A program made the position numbers and the translations under genes. From positions 813,296 through 877,295 of the forward strand of contig JBGPIA010000001.1 of the NCBI GenBank assembly GCA_041484665.1: a stretch of 64,000 bases of DNA. The letters run 5' to 3'. Every line of letters begins with the position of its first letter. Within the stretch, counting starts at the first letter, position 1. This document shows, piece after piece, positions 50,201 through 60,410 of the stretch. Under the pieces are notes generated by a model. That model searched no databases. It was not told the DNA's origin and saw only the letters and a list, made by a program, of their open reading frames with translations. The stretch is from Candidatus Krumholzibacteriia bacterium (lineage in GTDB: Bacteria > Krumholzibacteriota > Krumholzibacteriia > JAJRXK01).

Positions 50201-51730
50201 GCGTTGGTGGAGCTGCTCCGCGGACGGCTGGAGGTACTGGGCCCGGTCACGGCGCGCGCGCTGGCCGTATCCGTTGCGCGCGACGAGGCATCGGTCCTCG
50301 CGGCCCTCGCCGCGCTGGAAACGGAGGGGTTCGTACTGCAGGGCCGCTTCACTCAAGGCGCGCAGCAGCCGGAGTGGTGTGAGCGGCGTCTGCTCGCACG
50401 CATCCACCGCGCCACCGTCGCCCGGTTGCGCCGCGAAATCGAGCCTGTAGCACCGGCCGACTTCATGCGCTTCCTGTTCGCGTGGCAGCGTGTCGCCGCG
50501 ACGGACAGCGCGGAGGGCATGGAGGGCCTAGCCGCGGTGCTCGAGCAGCTCGAGGGCTTCGCCTGCCCCGCCGCCGCCTGGGAGGAGGAGATCCTCCCCG
50601 CTCGCGTGCGCGGCTACGAGCCGGCATGGCTGGACGGGCTGTGCCTCTCGGGACGGTTCCTGTGGGCGCGGGGCGCCGGGACCACGGCGCCGCGGGAGAG
50701 CTCGCCGCGCACGGCCGTCCTGCGCACGACCCCCATCTGCCTGGTGCGGCGCGCCAACGCCGCGCTGTGGCGAGCGGGCACGGCCGCCAGCCCGAGCGTG
50801 GGCGCCGCGGCGGGGGCGGCCGCCTTGTCCCACCCCGCGCAGTCCGCTCTGCGCGTCCTTTACGCACGTGGCGCGAGCTTTTTCGAGGAGATCGTGCAGT
50901 CCACCGGGCTGTTGCGCACGCAGACCGAACTGGCGCTCGCCGAGTTGGTGGCGCGCGGACTGGTGAGCGCCGACAGTACGGCGGGCCTGCGGGCGCTGCT
51001 CGTGCCCGCGCGCGAGAAGGAGCGGGCGGAGCGCCGCAGCCGCCGCCGGCTGCGGGCTGCAGCGCGCATCGAGCAGGCGGGCCGTTGGTACTGTATTGGC
51101 GCTGCTGCTGGCGCGTTGCACGCGGACGGCCGGACGGGTGCTGCGCCCACTGTCGCCCCGGACGCCGCGCGCGGCGCGACGCGCGATGGGACGCTTGAGC
51201 GGGCGCGCGGTGCCGGGCGTCTTGACGATGCGGCTCATCCGGACGACTCGGATCTGGAGTCGATCGCGCGCACGCTGCTGCGCCGCTACGGCGTCGTCTT
51301 CCGCCGGCTGCTGGAGCGCGAGCCGGGCCTGCCTCCGTGGCGCAATCTGCTGCCTTTGCTGTGGCGGCTGGAGGCGCGCGGCGAGCTGCGCGGCGGGCGT
51401 TTCGTGGACACGTTTTCAGGCGAACAGTTCGCCCTGGCCGCGGCCGTCGCGCGGCTACGCGAGGTGCGCCGCGACGAGCGCCGCGGCATCCTGGTCGGCG
51501 TCAGCGCGGCCGACCCTCTCAACTTGACGGGGATCGTCACGTCCGGCGAGCGCGTCCCGGGGCTGACGCGCAATCGCGTGCTCTATCGCGACGGCGAGCC
51601 CATCGCGGTCTACGAGGGGCGGGTGGTGAAGCTCCTGGTCGGCGCTGCTTCGGCGCAGGCCTGGGAGATCCAGCGGGCGCTGGTGCGCCGCGCGCCGGCG
51701 CATTCGCGGGCGGCGGCGGGCGAGCGCTGA
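47243..51730 (+). CDS. lhr: ATP-dependent helicase Lhr (large helicase-related protein)
   Basis: 1495 aa. Walker [13 protein letters not shown] box, SAT motif, helicase C-terminal motifs, and the long Lhr-specific C-terminal extension. Confidence 0.9.
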   Translation: MPLATFHPAVAAWFAQRFAAPTPAQAAAWPSIRAGCHTLIAAPTGSGKTLAAFLAAIDALVEAAQRGELADTTQVVYVSPLKALASDIQRNLQEPLEGIREQLTRMGLPDAPIRTLVRSGDTPAWQRQTMARRPPHILVTTPESLYILLTSASGRRMLATARTVIVDEIHAVLADKRGSHLALSLERLEELAQRPLVRIGLSATQRPIAEVARFLVGCGSLTKDGAPGCAIVDAGHRRDLDLQIELPRSPLSAVMEGEVWEETYDRLAQLVGEHRTTLIFVNTRRMAERVSRHLGERLGEDVVAAHHGSLSRQRRQAVEQRLKAGELRALVATASLELGVDIGAVDLVCTVGSTRAIATLLQRVGRSGHFLAGLPKGRLFPLSRDELVESAALMAAVRAGELEELRIPPQPLDILAQQMVAAVACRDYGEEELFALVRRAYPYRDLTRVEFDAIVQMLAEGFHTRRGRRGALLHHDVVHGRLRARRGARLLAMTSGGAIPDTADYSVVLQTSGTVVGTLNEDFAIESAPGDVFQLGDSSWRILRVQQGRVLVDDARGAPPSIPFWLGEAPGRSAQLSAAVSRLRADVQRWLEEAADDPAAAIACTAEALADATGIGRAAAEQVAGYLAAGRAALGALPTQQHLILERFFDEAGDMHLVLHAPFGSRLNRAWGLALRKRFCRAFNFELQAAATEDSIVLSLGPTHSFPVADVFRYLHSSSAREVLTQALLEAPMFPTRWRWNATRSLALPRWRSGRRVAAPLQRMQAEDLLAVVFPDQLACAENVPGDRDIPDHPLVQQTVRDCLTEAMDVSALEGLLRQIEAGEVRCSAVELTEPSPLAHEVLGARPYAFLDDAPLEERRTRAVATRRWIDTAGAADLGRLDAAAIASVRAEAWPAPRDADELHDALVVAGFVTAQEGRDSGWQPLFNILRGDGSATLLRAPAPGHEVWLAAERLDQARAAWPQAALDPPLAPLPRRSPTTWNAQTALVELLRGRLEVLGPVTARALAVSVARDEASVLAALAALETEGFVLQGRFTQGAQQPEWCERRLLARIHRATVARLRREIEPVAPADFMRFLFAWQRVAATDSAEGMEGLAAVLEQLEGFACPAAAWEEEILPARVRGYEPAWLDGLCLSGRFLWARGAGTTAPRESSPRTAVLRTTPICLVRRANAALWRAGTAASPSVGAAAGAAALSHPAQSALRVLYARGASFFEEIVQSTGLLRTQTELALAELVARGLVSADSTAGLRALLVPAREKERAERRSRRRLRAAARIEQAGRWYCIGAAAGALHADGRTGAAPTVAPDAARGATRDGTLERARGAGRLDDAAHPDDSDLESIARTLLRRYGVVFRRLLEREPGLPPWRNLLPLLWRLEARGELRGGRFVDTFSGEQFALAAAVARLREVRRDERRGILVGVSAADPLNLTGIVTSGERVPGLTRNRVLYRDGEPIAVYEGRVVKLLVGAASAQAWEIQRALVRRAPAHSRAAAGER

Positions 51731-51833
51731 GCGGCCCCGCAGGAGCGCTGCGCGGCGGCGCCTCCCACTGCGCGCGTCCAGCGGCCTGCGGTCGCTTGGG
51801 ACCACCAGCGAGTTCCCGGTGCGCCCCCCGCGG

Positions 51834-52616
51834 TTAGTCGCCCTGCTGCTGCAGTATGGCTTCCAGCCTGCGCTGCTCCTTGCCCCGCAGGTGGCCGTGG
51901 AATGCCTGCAGCGGACCGATCATCGAGTAGATCAGCCCGGAGATCCCGATCCACGGCCCGGGTAGGACGCTGGCGAGCAGGATCGAGGCCAGCCCCACAC
52001 CCGTCATGATCAGGCTGTAGCGGATCTCTGCTCGCGCCACCAGCGCCTCCAGCGCGTTGAGCTGCAGCCGCGCGCGGCTGCGCCAGGCGTGCAGGTAGAG
52101 CAGGGCGAACAGCAAGTAGATGGAGGAGAAGCCCGCGCTGTAGATCCACATCAGCGTGCGCACCTGGGAGCCGTCGATCACGTGTAGCACGGACCCGTCC
52201 GGCTGCATCACGTTCGCTGGAAAGCCGGCGAAGATCCACCGAAACAGGAACTTGAGGGGATAGACGTAGAGCAGCACCAGGAACAGGATGGCGAAATTGA
52301 GCAGCATCGTCCATCCGTCGCTCATGGCGAACCGGCGGAAGAACGCGTAGTGCTCTCGCCAGAGCATCACCAGGCTCGCGAAGCAGACCGCGAATGCCAG
52401 CGTCTCGCGCATCACCGCCATGAGCTGGTCGAAGCTGTGCGGCACCTCGAGCGAGACCACCAGCAGGGTGACGGCGAACGCGAAGACTGCATCGCTGAAC
52501 GTCTCCAGCCGGGGCACGTCGGCACCCCTCCAGCGCAGCGTCAACCCGCCCCGGTCCGCGTTGCCAGCGTGCGTTGCCAAGAGCACCTCCCGGTTGGACG
52601 CCCCGCGCGCGGCCAC
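51834..52616 (-). CDS. DUF1211 / TMEM175-like membrane protein (putative K+ channel family)
   Basis: Signature RLETFSDAVFAFAVTLLV at the first TM, followed by 5-6 further TM segments. Confidence 0.75.
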   Translation of the reverse strand: MAARGASNREVLLATHAGNADRGGLTLRWRGADVPRLETFSDAVFAFAVTLLVVSLEVPHSFDQLMAVMRETLAFAVCFASLVMLWREHYAFFRRFAMSDGWTMLLNFAILFLVLLYVYPLKFLFRWIFAGFPANVMQPDGSVLHVIDGSQVRTLMWIYSAGFSSIYLLFALLYLHAWRSRARLQLNALEALVARAEIRYSLIMTGVGLASILLASVLPGPWIGISGLIYSMIGPLQAFHGHLRGKEQRRLEAILQQQGD

Positions 52617-52795
52617 CGCGCCGTGCTCTCATCCACGGCCCGGCCGCGCGTCAAATCGATCGAGAGTACCCCGTCGCCGGCGCCACCTCCAACAGCCGGC
52701 GCAGCGCCGTCGCGGTCGCCGCGGCTGCGTCGCCGCCGCCGCCGCTTCGTCACGCGCGTGCCGCCGGCTGCCGGAGCACCTCCGACTGACGGTTG

Positions 52796-52825
52796 TTGAC
52801 AGCGCCGCAGCAGCGTCTCTAGCAT
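52796..52825 (+). promoter_or_regulatory. Near-consensus sigma-70-like promoter TTGACA-N18-TAGCAT upstream of the BMC-T gene; predicted TSS ~7 nt later, coinciding with the second ATG
   Basis: Seen in the sequence. The -10 overlaps the first in-frame ATG (52824), so the functional start is probably ATG 52833 on a leaderless mRNA. Confidence 0.45.
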
Positions 52826-52832
52826 GGTCGCC

Positions 52833-53456
52833 ATGATCGAGCTGCGCACCTTCGCCTTCCTGGACCAGCTTCAGCCCCAGCTGGCGGGGCAAATCGGGAC
52901 GACCTCGCGCGGCTTTATGCCCACCCCAGGCGTCGCCTCGCTATGGGTGGAGATCGCGCCCGGAATCAGCATCCACCGCCTGCTCGACTCCGCGCTGAAG
53001 GCCACCAGCTGCCAGCCGGCCACCATCGCGGTCGAACGCGCCTTCGGCGTGCTGGAGGTGCACCATGCCGACCAAGGGCAGGTGCGCCAGGCCGGCGCCG
53101 CGATCCTGATGGGCATCGAGCGCAGCGAATCCGACCGCGCCAAACCGCGATTGGTCTCCTCGCAGATCATCCGCTCCGTCGAGTCCTATCACACCCAGCT
53201 CATCAACCGAACGCGCTACGGATCGATGATCCTGCCCGGCCAGTCGCTGTACATCCTGGAAACCGAGCCGGCCGCCTACTGCATGCTGGCCGCCAATGAG
53301 GCCGAGAAGGCCGCGCAGATCATGCTGGTGGACGTGATCCCGATCGGCGCCTACGGGCGCTTGTACCTGGCCGGCCCGGAGGCCCAGATCGACGCGGCCA
53401 AGGAGGCGGCCGAGCGGGCGCTCGCCTCGCTCAGCGGGCGCAGCTCCGAGGAATAA
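52833..53456 (+). CDS. Tandem BMC-domain shell protein (BMC-T type bacterial microcompartment shell protein), solitary
   Basis: Domain 1 [25 protein letters not shown]...[21 protein letters not shown] and domain 2 [60 protein letters not shown] both match the BMC pattern alGmiEtrGl.aaieAaDamvKAAnV.lv...iG.G..tv.v.GdvaaVkaAveaG. ORF-track start 52824; preferred start 52833. Confidence 0.7.
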   Translation: MIELRTFAFLDQLQPQLAGQIGTTSRGFMPTPGVASLWVEIAPGISIHRLLDSALKATSCQPATIAVERAFGVLEVHHADQGQVRQAGAAILMGIERSESDRAKPRLVSSQIIRSVESYHTQLINRTRYGSMILPGQSLYILETEPAAYCMLAANEAEKAAQIMLVDVIPIGAYGRLYLAGPEAQIDAAKEAAERALASLSGRSSEE

Positions 53457-53504
53457 CCGGCGAGGAATACGCCGCGTTTTTGGACCGCTGCCCGCGCGCC
53501 CGCT

Positions 53505-54014
53505 TTGACCATGCAGCAGCCCCCTGCGCAGCCCGAGCGCACCCCCCTTCCCTGGAGCCGCTTCTGCTTCGTGTGCGGTGCCGACAATCCCATCGGGCTG
53601 CGAGCGCGAAGCTACAAGGTCGGCGGCGCGATCGAGCTGCCCTTCGTGGTTCGGCCCGAGTTCGCAGGCTGGAGCGAGGTCGCGCACGGTGGGCTGATCG
53701 CAACGGTGCTCGATGAGGTGATGACCTGGGCCGCGATCCTGGGCAGCGAGAAGCCCTGCTTCGCCGCCGAGCTCACCGTGCGCTTGCAGAAGCCCCTGCC
53801 TCCGCGGACCGACTGCGTGGCGGTGGGAAGCGTGACTGCGATGCGCCGCAGCATCGCCGACACCGCCGCGTTCCTGCGCGACACGGGCGGCCAGATCTAC
53901 GCGCGGGCCACGGGGCGCTACATGCCGGTGCCACCTGATCGCATGGCTCATCTGCGCCAGGACTTCGTCCGCACACCGGACTGCCTGGACGTCGCGCGAT
54001 TCTTCGGCCAGTGA
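53505..54014 (+). CDS. Hotdog-fold thioesterase (PaaI/4HBT-like)
   Basis: CFVCGADNPIGL...HGGLIATVLDEVMTWAA matches the PaaI-type thioesterase signature. Confidence 0.75.
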   Translation: MTMQQPPAQPERTPLPWSRFCFVCGADNPIGLRARSYKVGGAIELPFVVRPEFAGWSEVAHGGLIATVLDEVMTWAAILGSEKPCFAAELTVRLQKPLPPRTDCVAVGSVTAMRRSIADTAAFLRDTGGQIYARATGRYMPVPPDRMAHLRQDFVRTPDCLDVARFFGQ

Positions 54015-54060
54015 ACGGAGCAGCTGGTCGCGGCGCGGCGGTGTCCGCCGGACCACCCCT

Positions 54061-55428
54061 TCAGAACGCCTCGTCCAGCGTCAGGTAGAAGCGAACCGAG
54101 CCCTGCCCCACCGCTGCATCGAGGCGGGCGCGTAGGTCATCGCGCCCTGCAACGCGAGCTCGCAGACCCCCACCCACGGTGGGGCGCATGTGCTCCAGCT
54201 GCAGGCGGCGCAGCGTGGGCGCCACGTCGCCCAGCCCGGCGAAGGCCGTCATCCCCAGGCGCCACCAAAGGTCGGCCCGGTACTCCCCCTGGAAGGCCAT
54301 CAGCACGCGGTCCACGTACCGACCGAGGCGGTAGCCGCGGCTGTGGGCCCGCCCGCCCAGCTCGGCGAACCGCCAGATGGGCGGCGATCCGCGCGAGGAG
54401 TAGACGAAGAACTGCGTGGCCAGCACGTGCTCGCCACCCAGCGGCAGGTACTTGCGCAGGTCGAGGTTGTAGTTGTTGAAATCGTAGGCGCTGCCCAGCG
54501 CGTCGTCGAACACCATGGCGAAGGCCTGGTGGTAGCTGCCACGCGTGGGCGAGTAGCGCCGGTTGCGCGTGTCCCACTCCAGCAGCAGCCCCGTGCCGAC
54601 CACGCCCTTTCCCTGCGTTCCGGGCAGGCCGGCAGACTCCAGTTGCTGGCCCGCCTCCCGCTCCAGGTAGCTGAAGCTCTCCCCCTCGAAGCGCACGCCC
54701 ACGCCCAGCTGCGCGAGGATCCGGCGGTGCAGCTCCAGGTACGCCAAGAGGTCGCGCGGTCGATAGATCTCCTCTGCGTTCGAGGGGGAATCGGGTCCGA
54801 CCCCCCAGAAGCGTCGGGCCAGGTCGGTGTAGCTCACCTTGGCGCGGACGGAGTACGTGCCGTCGCCGAAGTAGACGTCGTTGACGAACTCCGCGCGCAT
54901 CTGCCCGTTGAGGGTGATCAGCCCCTTGAGCCAGACGTCGGAGTCGTGCGTGGAGGCCAGGGCGCCCGGCCCGCGGAAGGGCCGCACCAGTTGCGCGCCC
55001 ATTCCCAGCTTTGTCTCGCTCGCGTAGTGCACGGTAGGCAGGAAGACGAAGCGCCCGAACATCAACCGCGGTGGGAGCAGCCGCGAATGGCCGCGAGCAT
55101 GGCCGTCGGATGTGGACGGGGGAGCGGAGATGGTGGAAGCGCTGCTCGCGGCCGCCATGCTGTCCGCCGGCGCTGCACCGCCCGCGCGAACCGGACCGGC
55201 GAGCGCGCGCGACAGCGGCGCGGTGGCGACCAGCGCGAGGGTGAGCACGATGAGCGCGAGGACGAGCAGGTCGCACCGTCGAGCGTGCTGCCCGCGGCCC
55301 GCGACGCGTGCTGGACAGATGCGGCGCACTTGGAGGGTCCCTCGCGCATACGGACACCAGGCCACGGCCGTGCAGCCGCGGAGAATCCCCAGGTCAACGG
55401 GGCGTCGGCGCAACGTTGTGGGGGTCAT
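54061..55428 (-). CDS. Omp85/BamA-TamA family outer-membrane beta-barrel protein (bacterial surface antigen domain)
   Basis: C-terminal 16-strand-type barrel pattern ending ...VRFYLTLDEAF. N-terminal hydrophobic signal/TM. The exact start is uncertain; the first ~40 codons of the ORF-track entry look non-coding. Confidence 0.65.
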   Translation of the reverse strand: MTPTTLRRRPVDLGILRGCTAVAWCPYARGTLQVRRICPARVAGRGQHARRCDLLVLALIVLTLALVATAPLSRALAGPVRAGGAAPADSMAAASSASTISAPPSTSDGHARGHSRLLPPRLMFGRFVFLPTVHYASETKLGMGAQLVRPFRGPGALASTHDSDVWLKGLITLNGQMRAEFVNDVYFGDGTYSVRAKVSYTDLARRFWGVGPDSPSNAEEIYRPRDLLAYLELHRRILAQLGVGVRFEGESFSYLEREAGQQLESAGLPGTQGKGVVGTGLLLEWDTRNRRYSPTRGSYHQAFAMVFDDALGSAYDFNNYNLDLRKYLPLGGEHVLATQFFVYSSRGSPPIWRFAELGGRAHSRGYRLGRYVDRVLMAFQGEYRADLWWRLGMTAFAGLGDVAPTLRRLQLEHMRPTVGGGLRARVAGRDDLRARLDAAVGQGSVRFYLTLDEAF

Positions 55429-55785
55429 AGCCCTGCCCGGAAGGGATCGGGTCGACGGTCGATTGCCGCGCCGCCTCGAGCTGCGCAGCCTGGCCGAGCA
55501 TCCAGCCTTTCGATCGCCTTGACGGTCTCGCCGGCCCGCAGGCGCTCGCTGCAGCGCTGCACGCCGACGATGTGTCCCCGACGACGGCGCGCAACCGGGT
55601 GAGGCTACCGGGAAGCCCGGCGCGCCGCAAGATGGTTGCGGGCTCGTGTGGTTGCGGGCTCGTCACCGCCGACGCCGGCGGGAGCCTCGCCTGGACAGCC
55701 CTCAAGCGCGGCTGGACGAGACACGCATCAAGCACCTTCCCTCCAAGCTGCTGGGCATCTTGAGCTGCCTGGTGTATCTGCGCAT

Positions 55786-56527
55786 GCAGCGGCTCGGCGC
55801 GCGCGAGGTCGGACTCGTCGCACGCGGCGCGGGCAGGGCGATCCTGTTGGGGACACTGCTCTCGCTGACGGCCGGTCTCGCGGCGTACGGTGCGCCCCTC
55901 TACGTGCTGCGTGGCGCGAACGTACGCATCACGCTGGGCGCGGGAGCCACCTCGACGCTGACCGCGACCGGGCTAATGCTGCTGCTGGTCTTTCACCTGG
56001 GCAATGGGCTGCTCCACGCCGTATCGGGAATCTGGAACGAGCTGTTCGGGCTGTTGGAGGTCCGCACCCACGGCGCGCTGGGCGCCACCGGCGGCACGAC
56101 GGTGCTGCTCGTCCCGATGCTGTTCGTCGTCGCCGTCCAGCTAATGGACATCGGGCGCACCGCGCGGGTTGCGCCGTGGGGAGCGCCGGCGGCCGGGCCG
56201 GAGGCTCCCGGATGCCACGCGCCAGCCCCGCTCCCAACTTCGCTCTACGCCAGCACTTGCCGACCGCCCCCGCCCCGCGGGCGGAACGGTCCTGGGCGGA
56301 GCCGGCCGGGGTCCACGCGCGGCGCGCAGACCGACTGGGCGGTGGCGGGCGGTCGGCGCCTGCCCCGCGTCCCGCAGGTCACAGAATCGAACTTGCGGAG
56401 GGCGGCCGTCGGTCTAGACTTGATCATGGAATCGGGAACGAGAAGCGAGAGGGCGCCCGGCACGCGCGGGCCCGCAGACTTCGGACGGCACTGGCTCGTT
56501 GTGGGCCCAACGGGCGCCGACAGGTGA
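55786..56527 (+). CDS. Possible membrane protein (3-4 TM helices with a His pair, Pro/Arg-rich tail)
   Basis: ...ILLGTLLSLTAGLAAYGAPLYVL...GLMLLLVFHLGNGLLHAVSGIWNELFGLL...TTVLLVPMLFVVAVQLMDIG has non-random composition, unlike surrounding Arg-rich frames. No homology recognised; the start was picked at MQRLGAREVG. Confidence 0.25.
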
Positions 56528-56539
56528 AGCACTGGGACC

Positions 56540-56565
56540 GGGGGGGGGCGCGGACGCGCCCCCCT
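56540..56565. terminator. Perfect G/C hairpin GGGGGGGCGCG-GA-CGCGCCCCCCC between convergent genes (possible bidirectional terminator)
   Basis: An 11-bp perfect inverted repeat with a 2-nt loop, followed by CTCTTGTTGG. Lies 12 nt after the stop at 56527 and ~175 nt after the convergent phosphatase gene. Confidence 0.45.
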
Positions 56566-56740
56566 CTTGTTGGATCGTGGCGCTGCGTTCGGCGCCGCTG
56601 GTCGCGCGCCTGGTTGCGTTGCTCGTTGCGCTGTTCGTGGTGCTGCGCGACGCGCTGCCGGTTGCACTACGCCGTGCCCCACTTGGGACGCTGTGTGTCG
56701 AGCGGCGTCTCGCGCCGCGCTGCCCGATGCGACCCGCCGT

Positions 56741-58526
56741 CTACTCCGCCTGCGCCTTCATGACGAGCACCGTGCAGTCGTCCGAGAGGTCACCCTCGCC
56801 GCTGTGGCGGCGCACGGCGTCCACGATTCCGTCGGCGATGTCCCGCGCGGAGCCACCCGCCAGAGACGTGAGAACCGCGTGCAGGCGTCCAGACCCAAAC
56901 TGCTCCTCCTGGCGATCGAGGGCCTCCTGCACACCGTCGGAGCAGATGACCACCACGTCGCCGAGCTGCAGGTGCAGGGTCGCCTGCTCGTAGACGCGGC
57001 CGGCGATCAACCCCAGCGGCACGCCGGCCACTTCCACCGGGGTGGGACGCCCGGCGCGCACGAGGTGCGGGAACGGAAGCCCGGAGTTCGCCAGGGTCAG
57101 CGTGCGCTCGCCGCTGTCGTACAGAGCGAATGCCATCGCCGCGGATCGTCCGTCAACGGCCAGGCGTGTGAGTTTCTCATTGAGGTCGGCGAGCACGTGG
57201 GCGGGGTCGAAGAAGCTGTGCCCCGCGTACTCGCGCAGGATCCCGATCACCAGAGTCCCGTAGAGCGCAGCCGAGGTGCCTTTGCCCGCCACGTCGCACA
57301 GCGCGATCGCGGCGCGGCCCTCGCCGTACGGGAGCACGTCGTAGAAGTCGCCCCCCAGGTGCCGTGCCGGCTCGTAGGCCACGGCCAGCTGCAGCCCGGG
57401 CAACCACGGCGTGGCTTTGGGCAGCAGCTGCTTCTGCAGCTCGCGAGCGGTGGCGAGGTCCCCCTCGAGCGCTTGCTCGTTCAGGCGCAGCTTCTCGTAC
57501 AGGCGCGCGTTCTCCAGAGCGATCGACAAGGACGAGCAGAGCGTCGACAGCAGCTGCTCCGACTGCGCGCTGAAAGCGTCGTACTCCGCGCTTTCGAGAT
57601 CCAGCACTCCGATCAAGCGGTCCTTGAACACCAGGGGCACGACCAGCTCCGAGCGCGTCTCCAGCCCCAGCGAGCAGCGGACCCAGCGGGGGTCCAGATG
57701 GACGTTGGGGACGCGTACGGGCTGGCGCAGCGCTGCCGCCGTGCCGCAGAGCCCGTGGCCCAGAGCCAGGCTCTGGACCTGCACGCTCGCCCGCGTATCG
57801 CCCAGGTAGGTCACCGAGGGCTCGAGCAGGCGCGTCTCCTCGTTCCAGAGCATGAGGCTGAACACGTCGAAGCGGATCAGCCCCTTGACCAGCTCGGCGA
57901 CGCGCGCGACGAGCGTGCCGCGGTCGAGGATCGAGGTCAGGTCGCGGCTCACCTCGTGCAGCAGCGAGAGCGTCCGCGCCTGCGCGAGCATGTTGCGATA
58001 GATGCGCGCCCGCTCGATGGCGTCGGCGAGGTGTCCCGCCACGAGCACGAGCAGATCCTGGTGCTCGGGAGTGAATAGCCCCAGCCGGACGCTGCCCAGA
58101 TCGAGCACGCCGATCGTGCGCTCCTTGGCGATCAGCGGCAGCGCAAGCTCGCTGCGCGTGGACGGGCAGGCGTCGATGTAGCGTGGGTCCGCGGCAACGT
58201 CGCGCAGCAGGATCGGCCGGCCGGTCTGGGCGACCGTCCCCACGATCCCCTGCCCCATGCCGAACCGCCAGTGATCGGCCACGCCTTGTGGGTAGCCGAC
58301 CGCCAGCTCGAAGCGTAGCTCCTTGCCCAGATCGTCCATCAGCAGGATCCCGAGCGTGTCGTAGGGGACGAACTCCCGCAGCCGCTCGGCGAAGCGCTCC
58401 AGTCCGGAGACCAGATCGGGCGCGGCGTTCAGCTCGAGCGTGAGCCGCATCAGGGAGGCAATCGCATCTTGGCGACCAGCGGCACCGCCCGACGCGTCGG
58501 AAGCGCGGTGTTGCGGGCTTTCCATC
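56741..58526 (-). CDS. GAF-GAF-PP2C (SpoIIE/RsbU-type) serine phosphatase
   Basis: Two GAF domains (...QGIVGTVAQTGRPILLRDV..., ...HGLCGTAAALRQPVRVPNV...) then PP2C motifs GGDFYDV, ALCDVAGKG and DGVQEA. The upstream 560 codons of the ORF-track entry are Arg-rich nonsense; the start is at MESPQHRASD. Confidence 0.85.
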
Positions 58527-58695
58527 GGTCCCTCCCAGAGTCGGCGCCAAAGCCTTGGCGCGGGTCCGGGCCGCTGGGCGTCGGGGACTCGGGGTGCCCC
58601 GGTGCGTCGGCGCGCGGACGGTGGACAAAGGATACACGTGCCCGGACGCGGCCGCCCGGTGCATCCACCGCGCGGCGAACCGACCGCCCGGCGGA

Positions 58696-60339
58696 TCAGC
58701 GCTGGTGCGGCTCGGCCGCAAAAGGCTCCTCGCCCTCCGGGATCTCCCAGATCCGTCCGGCCCCCAGCGGCCCGACCGCCTGGGCGCGGCCTGACGGCCA
58801 GCGGATCTCGATTGAATCGACGGTCGCCGCGTCGCCCAGACCGAAATGCAGCGGCAGCGGCATGCTGCTGCCGGCAACCTGCGCCGGCCAGTGCTGGCGC
58901 ACCTGCCGCGCGCCCCCGGCGTAGAGTGCGACGCGAGTCCCGAAGGCCTCCGGATTGCTGCCCGGCCCGCCGCTCAGCGCCAGCTCGATCCAGCCCCGCG
59001 GGGCAAGATCGTTGCGCAGCAGCCGGGCACCCCCCGGACCCGTGGCGTCGCCGTGGCCTCCTTGCAGGAACAGCAGATCGAGGTCGCCATCGCCGTCCCA
59101 GTCGAACGCCAGCGCGCCCTGCGACACTCCTGGCAGCGCGCGCTCCAGCCCCCACGCGCGGCTGACGTCCTCGAACGTTCCATCGCCACGATTGCGCAGC
59201 GCGACGCTGGCGCGACCGTGTGAGGCGTCCTCGCGGCGCACCACCAGCAGGTCGAGGTGGCCATCGTTGTCGAGGTCCGCAGCCACCGCGGCGGTGCCGA
59301 TGCCATCGAGCTCCGCGCCGCTGACGGCCGCGCTCTCCCGGAACGCCGGCCCGTCGCGCGCGGCCCGCGCGCCTTGGATCCCATCCGCCCGGGGAGTGAC
59401 TCCCAGCAGCAGCCGATTGTGGCGCTGCGGGAACGCGGGATCGCCGACGCCGTCGCCGTAGACGAGGTACAGGTCCAGTCGGCCGTCTCCATCGAAATCG
59501 CCCCATACGCCGCCCGCCGGCCCGGGCACGTAGACGGCGGGCGGCAGCAGCTCGGGCGCCCGGCGCCACGTGCCGCGGCCGGTCCCGAGGTACAGCACGA
59601 GCGGCGGCCGGCCGACGCCCAGCAGGTCGATGGCGCCGTTCTCGTCGAAATCCGCAGGGAACACCTCGACCAGGTACTGCTCGCGCACGCGCGGGCCAAA
59701 GAGCGTGTCGGCGGGAGGCGGTGTGCGGGCGAGCAGCTCCTCGTCCACGGGGTCGTGCCCTGGCAAGCGCTGCGGCTGGTCGAGGAATCCGCCGCCGGTC
59801 TGCGCCACGAACAGGCGCAGCGGGCTGCGGAAGTTCAGCACCAGCAGGTCGAGCTGCGGATCGCCCGCCAGGTCCGCGAAGAGTGCGCCGCGGCCGCGCC
59901 CGAAGCGGTCCTGCACGCGCAGGGCGGCGGCCCGCTCCGTCGCACCGGCGGACGAGCGCAGCCAAAGCTGATTGGGTCCCTCGCCATGCCCCCGGTGCGC
60001 GCCCGCGACCAGATAGAGATCGGCGAAACCGTCGCGGTCGAGGTCTGCGACGGCGGTAGCATGGTGGTCCTCGATCATGCCCGGCGGCCAGAAGCCCCGC
60101 GTGCGCTCGAAGCGCAGCCCGGGCCGGCACAGGTACGCATTCGGCAACGACGCGTGGCGCCCCAGCAGGAGATCCATCCGCCCGTCACGATCGAGGTCGA
60201 GCGCCGTGCACCCGGAGGTCTTGCCAGTCACGGGCAGGCCGCTGCGCAGCGTGACGTCGATGAAGCGCTTCGCGCTGCTGGGGCCCGCGGGACCGCGCGC
60301 GGCGCTGCCCAGGAGGATGACCACCAGCAGTACCAGCAT
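58696..60339 (-). CDS. CRTAC1-family protein: FG-GAP/VCBS repeats plus C-terminal UnbV_ASPIC domain (intact paralog of the 17982-18898 pseudogene)
   Basis: Repeats LDLDRDGRMDLLL, ADLDRDGFADLYL, ADLDNDGHLDLLVV, FDWDGDGDLDLLFL. C-terminal FGTRVALYAGGARQVRQ...LHFGLGDAATVDSIEIRWPSGRAQ. Signal peptide MLVLLVVILLGSAARG, with a possible GTG start ~20 codons upstream. Confidence 0.85.
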   Translation of the reverse strand: MLVLLVVILLGSAARGPAGPSSAKRFIDVTLRSGLPVTGKTSGCTALDLDRDGRMDLLLGRHASLPNAYLCRPGLRFERTRGFWPPGMIEDHHATAVADLDRDGFADLYLVAGAHRGHGEGPNQLWLRSSAGATERAAALRVQDRFGRGRGALFADLAGDPQLDLLVLNFRSPLRLFVAQTGGGFLDQPQRLPGHDPVDEELLARTPPPADTLFGPRVREQYLVEVFPADFDENGAIDLLGVGRPPLVLYLGTGRGTWRRAPELLPPAVYVPGPAGGVWGDFDGDGRLDLYLVYGDGVGDPAFPQRHNRLLLGVTPRADGIQGARAARDGPAFRESAAVSGAELDGIGTAAVAADLDNDGHLDLLVVRREDASHGRASVALRNRGDGTFEDVSRAWGLERALPGVSQGALAFDWDGDGDLDLLFLQGGHGDATGPGGARLLRNDLAPRGWIELALSGGPGSNPEAFGTRVALYAGGARQVRQHWPAQVAGSSMPLPLHFGLGDAATVDSIEIRWPSGRAQAVGPLGAGRIWEIPEGEEPFAAEPHQR

Positions 60340-60410
60340 CAGCGGCTGCGCCCACGGAAGCCTCCGCGCGATGGAGCGACGGCAGACGCCCGCCACGTGT
60401 GTCGGTGCAG

